A DNA stretch of 64,000 bases from an uncultured Verrucomicrobiota bacterium (GTDB lineage: Bacteria > Verrucomicrobiota > Verrucomicrobiia > Limisphaerales > UBA9464). Shown here one piece after another: positions 11,006 through 20,777 of the stretch. The DNA is taken from positions 13,231 to 77,230 of the forward strand of contig CAIJLV010000103.1 of NCBI GenBank assembly GCA_903821635.1. The letters run 5' to 3'. A program made the translations under genes and the position numbers. Every line of letters starts with the position of its first letter. Position 1 is the first letter of the stretch. Below the pieces are notes generated by a model. That model saw only the letters and a program-made list of their open reading frames with translations. It did no database searches and had not been told where the DNA came from.

Positions 11006-12715
11006 TTAGAAGCCCGCGGCCGAACCTTCGTTGCGAGGATCGGCCGTGCCGACGAAGCCGCCGTCTGGCGCGAGGCCGACGGCTTGGGCCGCGCCGAGGG
11101 ATTTTTCGATCACGACCTGGTGGCCGCGCTTCCGGAGTTCGGCGATCACCGCGTCGCCGAAGGCCGCTTCGACATGCAGTTCATCCGGCTTCCACTGGTG
11201 ATGCAGGCGGGCCCCGGCGAGGGCTTCGCGAGGTGATTTGCCGAAATCCACGGTGCGCAGGATCGCCAGCAACGTCTGCGAAATGATCGTGGGTCCGCCC
11301 GCGGCGCCGACGCTCAGGATGGGTTTGCCGTCCTTGAGGACGAGCGTGGGGCTCATGCTGGAAAGCGGGCGTTTGCCGGCGGCGATGGCGTTGGCCTTGG
11401 CGCCGACGAGGCCGAAGTAGTTCGGCACGCCGGGCTGCGCGGAGAAGTCGTCCATGTGGTTGTTGAGCAGGATGCCGGTGCCGGGCACGACGACCTTGCT
11501 GCCGAAGCTGGTATTAAGCGACGCCGTGCAAGCAACCCAGTTGCCCTCCGCGTCGGCGGTCGAGAAGTGCGTGGTGTGGCGGCTTTGCTCCCGCCGGAAG
11601 AAGTCCGCGTCGGCGAACGGCGGCGTGCCCGCGCCCGCGACCGTGGTGGCGCGATCCGGCCGGATGCCTTTTGCAAGTCCGGCGGCATAGCTCTTGGAGA
11701 TCAGGCCGGTGGGCACCTTGGTGAAGTCGGGATCACCCAGCCATTTCGCGCGGTCGGCGAAGGCGAGCTTCATCGCCTCGGCCACGGTATGGACGAAGTC
11801 GGCCGAGGTGTCGCCCATGGCCCTCAGGTCGAAGCCTTCGAGCAGGTTCAGGATTTCGACGATATGGACGCCGCCAGAGCTGGGCGGCGGAAAGCTCACG
11901 AGCTCGTAACCGCGGTAGGTGCCGCGCACGGGTTCGCGCGGAACCACTTCGTAGCGGGCGAAGTCGGCGGCGGTGACGAGACCGCCGTTGGCCTGCATCC
12001 ACACGGCGGTTCGCCGAGCGAAGTCACCGCGGTAGAACCAGTCCACACCCTGGGTGGCCAGCGCCCGATACGACTTCGCGAGGTCGGGTTGCTTGAGTAA
12101 GTCGCCCTTGGCCGGGACGGTTGGCAGGGCGCGGAGAAAGATCGTGCGCGCGTCCGGGAAGGCGGCCAGTTCGTTCCGGGTGGCCCGAACGCGGCTGGCG
12201 TAGTGGCTATCAATCGGGAAACCGATTTCGGCGACCTTGGCCGCGGCTTCGAGCAGTTGAGCCAGCGGCAGGCGACCGAAGTTGGTGCTGGCGTAGGCGA
12301 GCGTGGCCAGTTCGCCCGGAATGCCCACGGCCAGCGCGCCGTCTTGGCTGAGTTTGGAATCGGCCTTGCCCTCGCGCAGGAACATGTCGCGGGTGGCTCC
12401 AGTCGGGGCGGTTTCGCGGCCATCCAGCGTGAGGAGGCGCCCATCGGCGAGTCGAAGGGTCATAAAGCACCCGCCGCCGATGCCAGAGTTGTGGCCGTCC
12501 ACCACGCCCAACGTCAGCGCGCAGGCGATGGCGGCATCCACGGCGTTGCCCCCAGCCCGGAGCGCGTCGAGGCCCGCTTGAGTCGCGATGGGGTTGACGG
12601 TGGCGACGCTGCCGCGCTGAGCCGAAGGCGACTCCCGGGGAATCGGCGAAGTGGTAGCGCGGAGCCCGAAAATCGTGCCGAGCAGGAGAAAGAGGGTTAA
12701 GGCGGGCCGCTTCAT
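11006..12715 (-). CDS. ggt: Gamma-glutamyltransferase
   Basis: THFSTADAEGNWV carries the autoprocessing Thr, and GSKVVVPGTGILLNNHMDDF and GAAGGPTIISQTL are also present. The start is set at ATG 12715 (MKRPALTLFLLLG signal peptide) rather than the track start at 12790. Confidence 0.9.
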   Translation of the reverse strand: MKRPALTLFLLLGTIFGLRATTSPIPRESPSAQRGSVATVNPIATQAGLDALRAGGNAVDAAIACALTLGVVDGHNSGIGGGCFMTLRLADGRLLTLDGRETAPTGATRDMFLREGKADSKLSQDGALAVGIPGELATLAYASTNFGRLPLAQLLEAAAKVAEIGFPIDSHYASRVRATRNELAAFPDARTIFLRALPTVPAKGDLLKQPDLAKSYRALATQGVDWFYRGDFARRTAVWMQANGGLVTAADFARYEVVPREPVRGTYRGYELVSFPPPSSGGVHIVEILNLLEGFDLRAMGDTSADFVHTVAEAMKLAFADRAKWLGDPDFTKVPTGLISKSYAAGLAKGIRPDRATTVAGAGTPPFADADFFRREQSRHTTHFSTADAEGNWVACTASLNTSFGSKVVVPGTGILLNNHMDDFSAQPGVPNYFGLVGAKANAIAAGKRPLSSMSPTLVLKDGKPILSVGAAGGPTIISQTLLAILRTVDFGKSPREALAGARLHHQWKPDELHVEAAFGDAVIAELRKRGHQVVIEKSLGAAQAVGLAPDGGFVGTADPRNEGSAAGF

Positions 12716-12742
12716 TTCCGAAGGTAGGATGACCAAAATGCC

Positions 12743-12804
12743 CGTTGACCGCGACGGCAACTTACCTATCGTCGCATCCTGATACGTCAATACGTTGACG
12801 CGAC
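12743..12804. promoter_or_regulatory. Repeated boxes in the ggt/metK divergent intergenic region
   Basis: Direct repeat cgttgaccgcgac (12743-12755) and cgttgacgcgac (12793-12804). Inverted repeat GCGACG-N13-CGTCGC (12751-12775). GTCAA-N4-TTGAC (12786-12799). Tandem ATACGT (12782-12787 and 12790-12795). Confidence 0.3.
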
Positions 12805-12828
12805 AGTTATCAAAAAATCACGAAGTTC

Positions 12829-14007
12829 ATGAGCAAACGTTTCATCTTCTCGTCTGAGTCCGTCGGCGAAGGCCATCCCGACAAGGTTGCCGATACCATT
12901 TCCGATGCGGTGCTCGACGCCTGCCTTGCGCAGGACAAGCACAGCCGCGTGGCCTGCGAGACCTATGTGAAGTCCAACATCGCCATCGTCGGCGGTGAGA
13001 TTACGACGCGTGCCAGCCTCGACTTCGTGAAGATCGCCCGGGAAGCCATCCGCGAGATCGGTTACGTGAACGACGACGACGTGTTTCACGCCGACAAGGT
13101 GTTCGTGAACACGATCATCACCCAGCAGTCCCCCGATATTTCGCAGGGTGTGGATGCCAAGGCCGCCAAGGGCAAGAAGAAGGCCGAGCAGGGCGCCGGC
13201 GACCAGGGGTTGATGTTTGGTTACGCCAGCGATGAGACGCCGGAGTTGATGCCCGCGCCGATCATGTTCGCGCATCGCTTGGGCCGTAAGCTCACGCAGA
13301 TCCGCAAGAGCGGGAAAATTCATTGGCTGCGTCCGGACGCGAAGTCGCAGGTGTCCGTCGTTTACGAGAACGACCAACCGGTCGCGATTTCCAACGTCGT
13401 CATTTCCACGCAGCACACCGCCGATGTGGAGCACAAGCAGATCGAAGAGTTCTGCATCGAAGAGGTCATCAAGAAGGTGTTGCCGAAGGGTCTGCTCACG
13501 CCGGACACCCTGTTTTTGATCAACCCGACCGGCCGGTTTGTGGTCGGTGGGCCTCAGGGCGACACCGGCTTGACCGGTCGCAAAATCATCGTGGACAGCT
13601 ACGGCGGCTTCGGTCGGCACGGTGGGGGTGCCTTCTCCGGCAAAGATCCGAGCAAGGTGGACCGCAGCGCCGCTTACATGGGTCGCTACGTGGCGAAGAA
13701 TATTGTGGCTGCGGGTCTCGCCGCACGGGCTGAGATTCAGTTCGCCTACGCCATCGGGTATCCCGAACCCGTCAGCGTTTACGTCAACACCTTCGGCTCC
13801 GCCAAGGAGGGTCTGTCCGACGAAGCGATCACCACCGCCGTGCAAAAGGTCTTCTCCTTCAAGCCGGCCGACATCGTGGCGCAGCTCAAGTTGCTCCGAC
13901 CGATCTACGGCAAGACCACGAATTACGGCCACTTCGGAAAGGACGACAAGGAACTCACCTGGGAAGCCACCGACAAGGTCAAGGCGCTCCAGAAGGCCGT
14001 CCGCTGA
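12829..14007 (+). CDS. metK: S-adenosylmethionine synthetase
   Basis: [37 protein letters not shown] and [19 protein letters not shown] are canonical MetK motifs. Confidence 0.97.
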   Translation: MSKRFIFSSESVGEGHPDKVADTISDAVLDACLAQDKHSRVACETYVKSNIAIVGGEITTRASLDFVKIAREAIREIGYVNDDDVFHADKVFVNTIITQQSPDISQGVDAKAAKGKKKAEQGAGDQGLMFGYASDETPELMPAPIMFAHRLGRKLTQIRKSGKIHWLRPDAKSQVSVVYENDQPVAISNVVISTQHTADVEHKQIEEFCIEEVIKKVLPKGLLTPDTLFLINPTGRFVVGGPQGDTGLTGRKIIVDSYGGFGRHGGGAFSGKDPSKVDRSAAYMGRYVAKNIVAAGLAARAEIQFAYAIGYPEPVSVYVNTFGSAKEGLSDEAITTAVQKVFSFKPADIVAQLKLLRPIYGKTTNYGHFGKDDKELTWEATDKVKALQKAVR

Positions 14008-14113
14008 ATCTCGAAGTGATCGGACTTCAAGCTCCTGCGGCCGGGCACTGCGGTGCCCCCACGCTGCCTGAAGGCTGATTACCCAACTTTGATCCCCGAT
14101 ACTCTTTAAAAAT

Positions 14114-15613
14114 ATGGCCAAAGCCAAAAAAGCCCCTGCCACCGTCGCGCTCGCCGAAGTCGCCAACGCCCTGCCCAACTTGGGCCTCTATGCGGCCAAC
14201 ACGCCGTCGGGCAAGGACTACATCGTCCGCGACCTCGCGCTCGCCGAATGGGGTCGCAAGGAAATCGCCGTCGCCGAGCATGAGATGCCCGGCCTCATGT
14301 CGGTCCGGAAGAAGTATGCGAAGACCAAGCCGCTGAAGGGCGTGCGCATCACCGGTTCGCTGCACATGACCATCCAGACCGCCGTGCTCATCGAGACGCT
14401 CGTCGCGCTCGGAGCCAATGTGCGCTGGGCTTCCTGCAACATCTTCTCCACCCAAGACCACGCCGCCTCGGCCATCGCCGCGACCGGCACGCCGGTGTTT
14501 GCGTGGAAGGGCGAGACGCTGGAAGAATACTGGGAACTCACCCTCAAGGCGGTCTTGTTCCCCGGCGACCAAGGCCCCGAACTCGTCGTCGATGACGGCG
14601 GCGACGTGACCTTGCTCATCCACAAGGGCTATGAACTCGAACAAGGCGACAAGTGGGTCGACAGCAAGAGTGGTTCGCACGAAGAGCAGGTCATCAAAAA
14701 CCTCCTGAAGCGGGTCGCGAAGGAAAAGCCCGGCATCTGGACCAAGATCGTGAAGGCTTGGAAGGGCGTCTCTGAGGAAACCACCACCGGTGTGCACCGC
14801 CTCTACAAGTTCGCCGAACAGGGCAAGCTGCTCGTGCCCGCCATCAACGTGAACGACTCCGTGACCAAGTCGAAGTTCGACAACCTCTACGGTTGCCGTG
14901 AATCGCTGGCCGACGGCATCAAGCGCGCCACCGACGTCATGCTCGCCGGCAAGGTCGCCGTCGTCTGCGGTTACGGCGATGTCGGCAAAGGCTCGGCCCA
15001 TTCGCTCCGTGCCTACGGCGCCCGCGTCATCGTCACCGAGATCGACCCCATCAACGCCCTTCAGGCCGCGATGGAGGGATTCCAAGTCAACACGATCGAA
15101 AGCACCCTCGGCGTGGGCGACATCTACGTCACCACCACGGGCAACTGCGACATCATCACGGTTCAGCACGTCCTCGCGATGAAGGACCAAGCGATCGTCT
15201 GCAACATCGGCCACTTCGACAACGAGATCCAAGTGGACAAGCTCAAGGCGACCAAGGGAGTCACCATTGAGAACATCAAGCCGCAATACGACCGCTACCA
15301 CCTCCCCGGCAATAAGAGCATCTACCTGCTCGCCGAAGGCCGCCTCGTGAACCTCGGTTGCGCCACCGGCCATCCGTCCTTCGTTATGTCCAACTCGTTC
15401 ACCAACCAGACGCTCGCACAGATCGACCTCTGGGCGAACAAGGACAAATACGAGAACACGGTCTATCGCCTGCCCAAGAAGTTGGACGAAGAGGTCGCCC
15501 GCCTGCACTTGGAAAAGATCGGGGTCGTGCTGACCAAGCTAACCAAGTCGCAAGCCGACTATCTCGGAGTCGCCGCTGACGGTCCCTACAAGCCCGAGCA
15601 CTACCGCTACTGA
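14114..15613 (+). CDS. ahcY: Adenosylhomocysteinase
   Basis: [20 protein letters not shown], the NAD-binding [12 protein letters not shown], and the C-terminal PEHYRY. The N-terminus is about 25 aa longer than I expect, so the start is uncertain. Confidence 0.95.
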   Translation: MAKAKKAPATVALAEVANALPNLGLYAANTPSGKDYIVRDLALAEWGRKEIAVAEHEMPGLMSVRKKYAKTKPLKGVRITGSLHMTIQTAVLIETLVALGANVRWASCNIFSTQDHAASAIAATGTPVFAWKGETLEEYWELTLKAVLFPGDQGPELVVDDGGDVTLLIHKGYELEQGDKWVDSKSGSHEEQVIKNLLKRVAKEKPGIWTKIVKAWKGVSEETTTGVHRLYKFAEQGKLLVPAINVNDSVTKSKFDNLYGCRESLADGIKRATDVMLAGKVAVVCGYGDVGKGSAHSLRAYGARVIVTEIDPINALQAAMEGFQVNTIESTLGVGDIYVTTTGNCDIITVQHVLAMKDQAIVCNIGHFDNEIQVDKLKATKGVTIENIKPQYDRYHLPGNKSIYLLAEGRLVNLGCATGHPSFVMSNSFTNQTLAQIDLWANKDKYENTVYRLPKKLDEEVARLHLEKIGVVLTKLTKSQADYLGVAADGPYKPEHYRY

Positions 15614-15650
15614 GCGGATGGGCCGCGCGACTGCGCTGCCAACATTTCAA

Positions 15651-15684
15651 GGCGGACCACCGAAAGGTAGTCCGCCTTTTGCTA
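15651..15684 (+). terminator. Rho-independent terminator after ahcY
   Basis: ggcggac (15651-15657), a 12-nt loop, gtccgcc (15670-15676), then TTTTGCTATTT. Confidence 0.75.
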
Positions 15685-15835
15685 TTTAACGTGGTAGCCT
15701 GGAGCGCCTCAGGGGCCTTGAAGTTCGCTTTGAGCCCGACCGGCGAGCGGATCCGTTACGGGGCTTCCACGTCAGGACTGCCACCCAGTTGGGTGGGTTT
15801 TCCGGAGTGCCATGTAAGCGGTTGGCTCCCGTGCT

Positions 15836-16072
15836 TCAGGCCATCGGGTCCCGATTTTCCATCACAAACCAATCTTCCACCCGTTGCCGCGCCCATGGGG
15901 TTTTGCGCAGGAAGGTCAGGCTGGATTTCACCGTCGGATTGAACATGAAGCAGCGAATCGGAATGCGGTCGGCCATTTCCTGCCAGCCATGCCGGTCGGC
16001 TAGCGTCTGCACGATGGTTTCCAGCGTGATGCCGTGCAGGGGATCGCGGGGGTGAGAACGAGGGGTCGACAT
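15836..16072 (-). CDS. VF530/DUF2132 family small DNA-binding-like protein
   Basis: 78 aa. [59 protein letters not shown] matches the DUF2132 pattern. Confidence 0.75.
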   Translation of the reverse strand: MSTPRSHPRDPLHGITLETIVQTLADRHGWQEMADRIPIRCFMFNPTVKSSLTFLRKTPWARQRVEDWFVMENRDPMA

Positions 16073-16136
16073 CGGAGGCGGCAGGTTAGTGGGGGGCGGC
16101 CCCCGGAGTCAAAAAGACCGCGGCGACCGGGGCGAT

Positions 16137-17045
16137 TCAGGGTTTGAGCGTGGCAACGTCGTTCGTCGAGAAGCGGACATACGGGAAACACTCGGGAATA
16201 TGCGAATCCCAGACGCGATGCGGGCTCAAAAACCAGCCGCCGGAGTCCTTGGCCGGGGCGGCCTCCTTGTAGGTGTTGAAGCGCGAGAGGTCGATCCGCC
16301 ACACGTCGCCGTCCTTCGGGGCGCCCGGTTGGCCGTCGGGGCTGAGCCACTTCATGCCGGCCCAGGGAAAGGCGAGTTCGACGGTCCAACCGCGGTCCCG
16401 GTCCGCGTCGTGGTTGAGCGAGCCGTCGATGAAGACCGCGGTGCGTTTGCCGGGGAAGTGCCAGTCGAAGTGGCCGAGGCGTGGCCCGCGCGGATGCGTG
16501 GTGAAGCCGACCCCGTTGAACGGGCGCAGGTTCTTCCGGGCAAACTCCGGCGCCGCCGCAAAACCGGCGGTCTGGTAGGCCGCTTCCCAGAGGAAGAAGA
16601 CTTCGTAACTGGTGTTGTGGGCGTTGAGCTCGAACTCGTAATAGGCGTTGGGGCCCGCGATGAAGACTTCGATGTCGTTGTCTTCGTAGATCGGTGAGTT
16701 GTTTTCCGTGAATTTGGCCCGCACGAACGGTTCTTCCACCCGGATGCCGAGGTAGAGATTTTCGTGGTCCCACACGATGGTGGCCCGGGTGTCGTGGAGC
16801 GTTGGCGCCCCCGTCAGGATGTCCACGTAGCGGGCCGAGGCGGGCGCCAGTTTCCACACCGGTTCGTCGAGCCGGCCATCGATCACCAACGGCTGGGTCG
16901 TCCGATACGCCGAATAGTGGGCCACTTCGCGGTCGGGGCAGGGCAGTTTGGAACCGGTCGCGGTTTCAGCCGCGGTTCCCACCCACGCAAGGCCGGCCGC
17001 CAGCAGCAGCCTGCCGGGGAGGGAGAGGTCGCCGAAGTTTAACAT
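16137..17045 (-). CDS. Carbohydrate-binding family 9 (CBM9/DOMON-like) secreted protein
   Basis: IDGRLDEPVWKLA...WDHENLYLGIRVEEP...DNDIEVFIAG...YYEFELNA is the CBM9-like pattern. The start is set at ATG 17045 (MLNFGDLSLPGRLLLAAGLAWVG signal peptide). Confidence 0.7.
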   Translation of the reverse strand: MLNFGDLSLPGRLLLAAGLAWVGTAAETATGSKLPCPDREVAHYSAYRTTQPLVIDGRLDEPVWKLAPASARYVDILTGAPTLHDTRATIVWDHENLYLGIRVEEPFVRAKFTENNSPIYEDNDIEVFIAGPNAYYEFELNAHNTSYEVFFLWEAAYQTAGFAAAPEFARKNLRPFNGVGFTTHPRGPRLGHFDWHFPGKRTAVFIDGSLNHDADRDRGWTVELAFPWAGMKWLSPDGQPGAPKDGDVWRIDLSRFNTYKEAAPAKDSGGWFLSPHRVWDSHIPECFPYVRFSTNDVATLKP

Positions 17046-17161
17046 CGCCCCAGCGTGTCGGTCGGGGCGAGCGGCGACAACCGAAAGCGCGGAAACATGG
17101 GGCGCCAAGGTGAGCTTAACCGGACAAAATTCATCTGCTTCCATTTGCTAAACTGCCCGCC

Positions 17162-19009
17162 ATGCAGTTTTCTAGGGGCACGATTATGGCAGCGGTTCCG
17201 ATCAAATTTACTACCAAGCCGAAGACCAACGGGTTTCTGCCGATGTCCCGGGCCGAGATGAATGCCCGTGGCTGGACCGAGCTCGACGTGCTGCTCATCA
17301 CTGGCGATGCCTACGTGGATCACCCTTCGTTCGGGGCGGCGATGATCGGGCGCGTGCTGGAAGCCATGGGGTTGCGGGTTGGAATCGTGGCGCAGCCGGA
17401 TTGGACGGACATCGAGTCCATCCAAGTCATGGGCGCCCCCAAGCTCTTCATCGGCGTCACGGCGGGCAATTTAGACTCGATGTTGTCGAACTACACCGCG
17501 GCGCGCCACAAGCGGAAGGACGACGTTTATAGCGCCGGGGGCGTGCCGGGAAAACGGCCCAACCACGCCGCCGTGGTCTATTCGCAGATGGCTCGCCGGG
17601 CGTTTCCCCGGGTGCCGGTGGTGCTCGGTGGCATGGAAGCCTCGATGCGGCGGGTCGCTCAATACGACTACTGGGAGGACAAGCTGAAGCCGTCGATCAT
17701 GGCCTTCGCCAAGGCCGACGTGCTGGTTTACGGGATGGGCGAGAGTGCCATCCGCGAAATCGTCACCCGGCTCCGGGCCGGCAACTCGGATTTCAGCAAC
17801 ATCCGCGGCACGGCCCTCTTTCTTGGCAGCAAGGCGACGGCCGAGGCGGATTTCAGCGACTGCATCATCCTGCCCTCATGGGAGGAATTGCAGGCGGACA
17901 AGACGCTCCTGATGCGGCTGACCAAGGTCGTCGAGGCGCAGCAGACGCCCTACAGCGGCAAACGCCTCGTCCAAATGCACGGCAACCGCGCCCTGCTGCA
18001 AGAGGCGCCCGCCTTTCCCGTGGATGGCCCGGAGCTCGACGCCCTCTACGAACTCCCGTTCATGCGGTTGGCGCATCCCAGCTACCAGGAGCCCGTGCCT
18101 GGATTCGCCACGATCAAGGATTCGATCATCGTCTCCCGCGGCTGCCCGGGTGGCTGCACCTTCTGCGGACTCGGCTTTCATCAGGGCAAGTTCTTGTCTA
18201 GCCGCAGCGTGGAATCCGTTATGAAGGAAATTCGCACGTTGACCGAGTCCGATACGTTTCGGGGCACCGTTTCCGACTTGGGCGGCCCGACCGCCAACCT
18301 CTACGGCGCCAAGAATGGGCACGCCGAGGAATGCAAAAAATGCCACCGGCCGAGCTGCCTGTGGCCGAGCATCTGCCCGATCTTCGGCATCGATGAAAAA
18401 GCGGGGCTGGATCTGCTCCGCGGCGCCCGGGCTCAGCCCGGCGTGAAGCACGTCTTTGTGCAGTCCGGCATCCGCATGGATGTCGCGCTCCGCACCCCGG
18501 AATACATGAAGGAACTGGTGCAAAACCACGTGTCCGGCCACATGAAGGTCGCGCCCGAACACATGGACCCCGCCACGCTGCGCCGTATGCGCAAGCCCGC
18601 GGCCGATTTCCCGGCCTTCATGGAAAAGTTCTTCGAACTCAGCGAAGAGGCCGGCAAAGAGCAGTATCTCGTGCCGTATTTCATCTCGAGTTTCCCCGGT
18701 TGCACCGAAAAAGAAATGGGCGCCGTGGAATCGTTCCTCAAGGAGGAGAAGTGGAACCTCCAACAGGTGCAGGACTTCATCCCGCTGCCCATGACCGGCT
18801 CGGCGGCGATGTATGTCACCGGCCTCGACATCAACACCGGCCAACCGATCCCCGTGGTTCGCGGCGCCGGTGACCGCGAACGCCAGAAACGCATGCTTCG
18901 GCCGAATCCGGTCAACGAGGTGCGTGTCACCGGCAGTCGCCGGCGCATGGCCTCCGCGGAGTTCTGCTCCGGTGCCCCGATGGGCGCCCAGATGGACACG
19001 GTGGATTAG
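17162..19009 (+). CDS. ygiQ: YgiQ family radical SAM protein (UPF0313)
   Basis: FLPMSRAEMNARGWTELDVLLITGDAYVDHPSFG is the YgiQ N-terminal domain. The radical SAM cluster is CPGGCTFCG. The start could instead be 17186. Confidence 0.88.
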   Translation: MQFSRGTIMAAVPIKFTTKPKTNGFLPMSRAEMNARGWTELDVLLITGDAYVDHPSFGAAMIGRVLEAMGLRVGIVAQPDWTDIESIQVMGAPKLFIGVTAGNLDSMLSNYTAARHKRKDDVYSAGGVPGKRPNHAAVVYSQMARRAFPRVPVVLGGMEASMRRVAQYDYWEDKLKPSIMAFAKADVLVYGMGESAIREIVTRLRAGNSDFSNIRGTALFLGSKATAEADFSDCIILPSWEELQADKTLLMRLTKVVEAQQTPYSGKRLVQMHGNRALLQEAPAFPVDGPELDALYELPFMRLAHPSYQEPVPGFATIKDSIIVSRGCPGGCTFCGLGFHQGKFLSSRSVESVMKEIRTLTESDTFRGTVSDLGGPTANLYGAKNGHAEECKKCHRPSCLWPSICPIFGIDEKAGLDLLRGARAQPGVKHVFVQSGIRMDVALRTPEYMKELVQNHVSGHMKVAPEHMDPATLRRMRKPAADFPAFMEKFFELSEEAGKEQYLVPYFISSFPGCTEKEMGAVESFLKEEKWNLQQVQDFIPLPMTGSAAMYVTGLDINTGQPIPVVRGAGDRERQKRMLRPNPVNEVRVTGSRRRMASAEFCSGAPMGAQMDTVD

Positions 19010-19036
19010 GTGGAATACGTTCGCCGCGCTGCCGCT

Positions 19037-20173
19037 ATGTTTCCCCGGTGTCTCATGCGCCTGCTGACACTTTTCGTCGGGTTGTTCAGCGCGGTCGGCG
19101 CCGTAGTCGTGGACAACTTCACAGGCGGAGTCTCCGGTTGGCTGATGCAGGGGAACTGGACGTTGGTCGAACAATCCGACGGGCAGACCGTGTTTCGCGG
19201 CGAAGGAACCGGCGATGCGTTTGCCCGGCACCGCACGCTGCGGCTGGGGACGTCTTGGCGGATCGAGGTGGATGTCCGCTTCCGGCGGTATTACGCGGAT
19301 GGCTACAATCGCGCGCTGGCGGCGTTTGCGCTATTTTCAGCCTTGGATTCCGGCGTCCAACTGGAGGCCAATCTGGGTCATCGCACCAACAACAGTGTTC
19401 AGGTCGACACTCAGTGGTTCAATCCGTCGGATGCCACCTGGCGCAATGTGTTGCAGACCGCCTGGTCGCCCAATTCGGCTGCGACCTACCGCCTGCATCT
19501 TTATCGGGCTCCCGGTGCCGACCGTTTGATCCTGAAAGCCGTCGGCACGAACGGAAGCCAGTTCATCGCCCAGTCGTCCCCGATTCCAGTCGAAGTGCTG
19601 GACCGGATGCAGGTTCCCGGCCTGCGGGTGAATTCCGGCCAGGTCGAATTCGACAACTTCCGCTTGGAAAGCCCCTACACGCCGCCCGCTCCGCCGGCCA
19701 TCCGGGTCCAACCGCAGGGGCAGACCGTGCTCACCGGAATTGACGTCAACCTGAGCGTGGAAGCGTCAGGCTCCGGGCCGTTGAGCTACCAGTGGTTCAA
19801 AGGGGTTGCTCCCGTCGCCGGCGCCACCAACGCGACCTACGCTCTGGGCAAGACGCGTCCCGCGAACGCCGGCAATTACTCGGTTCAAGTCAGCAACGGA
19901 GAAAGCCTCAGCGTCAGTCCAGCCGCAGCGTTGAAAGTGATTGATGCGTGGCTTCGTCCGGCCGTGTCGGTGCGAACCAACGGGCTGGTGGGTGACCGTT
20001 TTCCTATCGAAGTTCGGGCCCCGGCCGGCACGGCCTTCGAGATTCAGCACACGGTCGATTTTTCGGCTTGGACCAAGCTCACGCAGTCCGTCGGCACCGG
20101 CTTGCCAGTGGAACTATCAGTCCCGGTTGGGGAAGTGGGACAGGGTGGTTTTTTGCGCCTAGTCGTGCCCTGA
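19037..20173 (+). CDS. Secreted protein with an N-terminal beta-sandwich-like region, one Ig-like repeat and a conserved C-terminal module
   Basis: Signal-like MFPRCLMRLLTLFVGLFSAVGA. Ig repeat VQPQGQTVLTGIDVNLSVEASGSGPLSYQWFKG...AGNYSVQVSN. The C-terminus is AFEIQHTVDFSAWT...GGFLRLVVP. The start is ambiguous (19010, 19037 or 19055). Confidence 0.6.
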   Translation: MFPRCLMRLLTLFVGLFSAVGAVVVDNFTGGVSGWLMQGNWTLVEQSDGQTVFRGEGTGDAFARHRTLRLGTSWRIEVDVRFRRYYADGYNRALAAFALFSALDSGVQLEANLGHRTNNSVQVDTQWFNPSDATWRNVLQTAWSPNSAATYRLHLYRAPGADRLILKAVGTNGSQFIAQSSPIPVEVLDRMQVPGLRVNSGQVEFDNFRLESPYTPPAPPAIRVQPQGQTVLTGIDVNLSVEASGSGPLSYQWFKGVAPVAGATNATYALGKTRPANAGNYSVQVSNGESLSVSPAAALKVIDAWLRPAVSVRTNGLVGDRFPIEVRAPAGTAFEIQHTVDFSAWTKLTQSVGTGLPVELSVPVGEVGQGGFLRLVVP

Positions 20174-20184
20174 ATCTTCGCCGC

Positions 20185-20745
20185 TCACGCTGGTTGATCC
20201 GGATAAAAATCCCGGCTGAGCGTGAACTGGAGCGCGCTCACGGCCAGAGTCAGTTCGCCATAGGCTTCCGCGGCTTCCGCCCAAGTCAGCCCCGCAGGAG
20301 GTTGGCCGGATTCGAGGGCTCGCTTCGCGCTGCGGAACCGTTTGCTCAAGGGTAGGGCCGTGTCGTGGTCGCCGAGGGTCGCAAGCGCCCGCTGGACGGC
20401 GTCACGCTGCTTCCGAGCCTCGCGGATGCGCCGGAGCGCGACGTCGGCTGACCGTTCGCCGGCCGACACGGAACGGAGCAGCGCACAGTCGAATTCCCGA
20501 CAACGGGCGGGCCGCTCCGCGTAGAACGCGCACCGGCAGTCCGCTCCCAACGCCGAGCAGGGCTGGGCGAACTTGAGCACGGCCTTGCCTTCGGCCTCCT
20601 TGCCCCGACGGAGTTTTTGTCCGAGCGCCCGGAGCCGTTCCGCGGCATCACCCGACTGTAGCTCCACGTCGGCAAAGAGTGTGCCGTCGCAACACAGCCC
20701 GCAGGTGAGGCACAGGCGAGCCGACGCGTCAGCCGATGAGCTCAT
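20185..20745 (-). CDS. YkgJ family cysteine-cluster (zinc/iron-chelating) protein
   Basis: CLTCGLCCDGTLF at the N-terminus plus a later C...C pair (PCSALGADCRCAFY...CREFDC). Confidence 0.7.
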   Translation of the reverse strand: MSSSADASARLCLTCGLCCDGTLFADVELQSGDAAERLRALGQKLRRGKEAEGKAVLKFAQPCSALGADCRCAFYAERPARCREFDCALLRSVSAGERSADVALRRIREARKQRDAVQRALATLGDHDTALPLSKRFRSAKRALESGQPPAGLTWAEAAEAYGELTLAVSALQFTLSRDFYPDQPA

Positions 20746-20777
20746 GGAGCGAGGGGGGCTGGAGCCTGCTCGTCGGG

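Noticed and set aside
12716-14113. Possible SAM riboswitch upstream of metK, or SAH riboswitch upstream of ahcY. The intergenic hairpin GGGCAC-TGCG-GTGCCC at 14043-14058 was considered as part of this.
   Set aside because: I could not match the conserved cores I remember for SAM-I, SAM-II, SAM-V or SAH elements on the correct strand. The 14043 hairpin is only 6 bp and has no U-tract. A covariance-model scan is needed to be sure.
12787-15508. Long minus-strand ORFs of 463 aa (12787-14178) and 493 aa (14027-15508) lying opposite metK and ahcY.
   Set aside because: They are antisense to unmistakable, highly conserved genes. Their translations are low-complexity and rich in R, G, A, V, D and H, which is typical of shadow ORFs in high-GC DNA.
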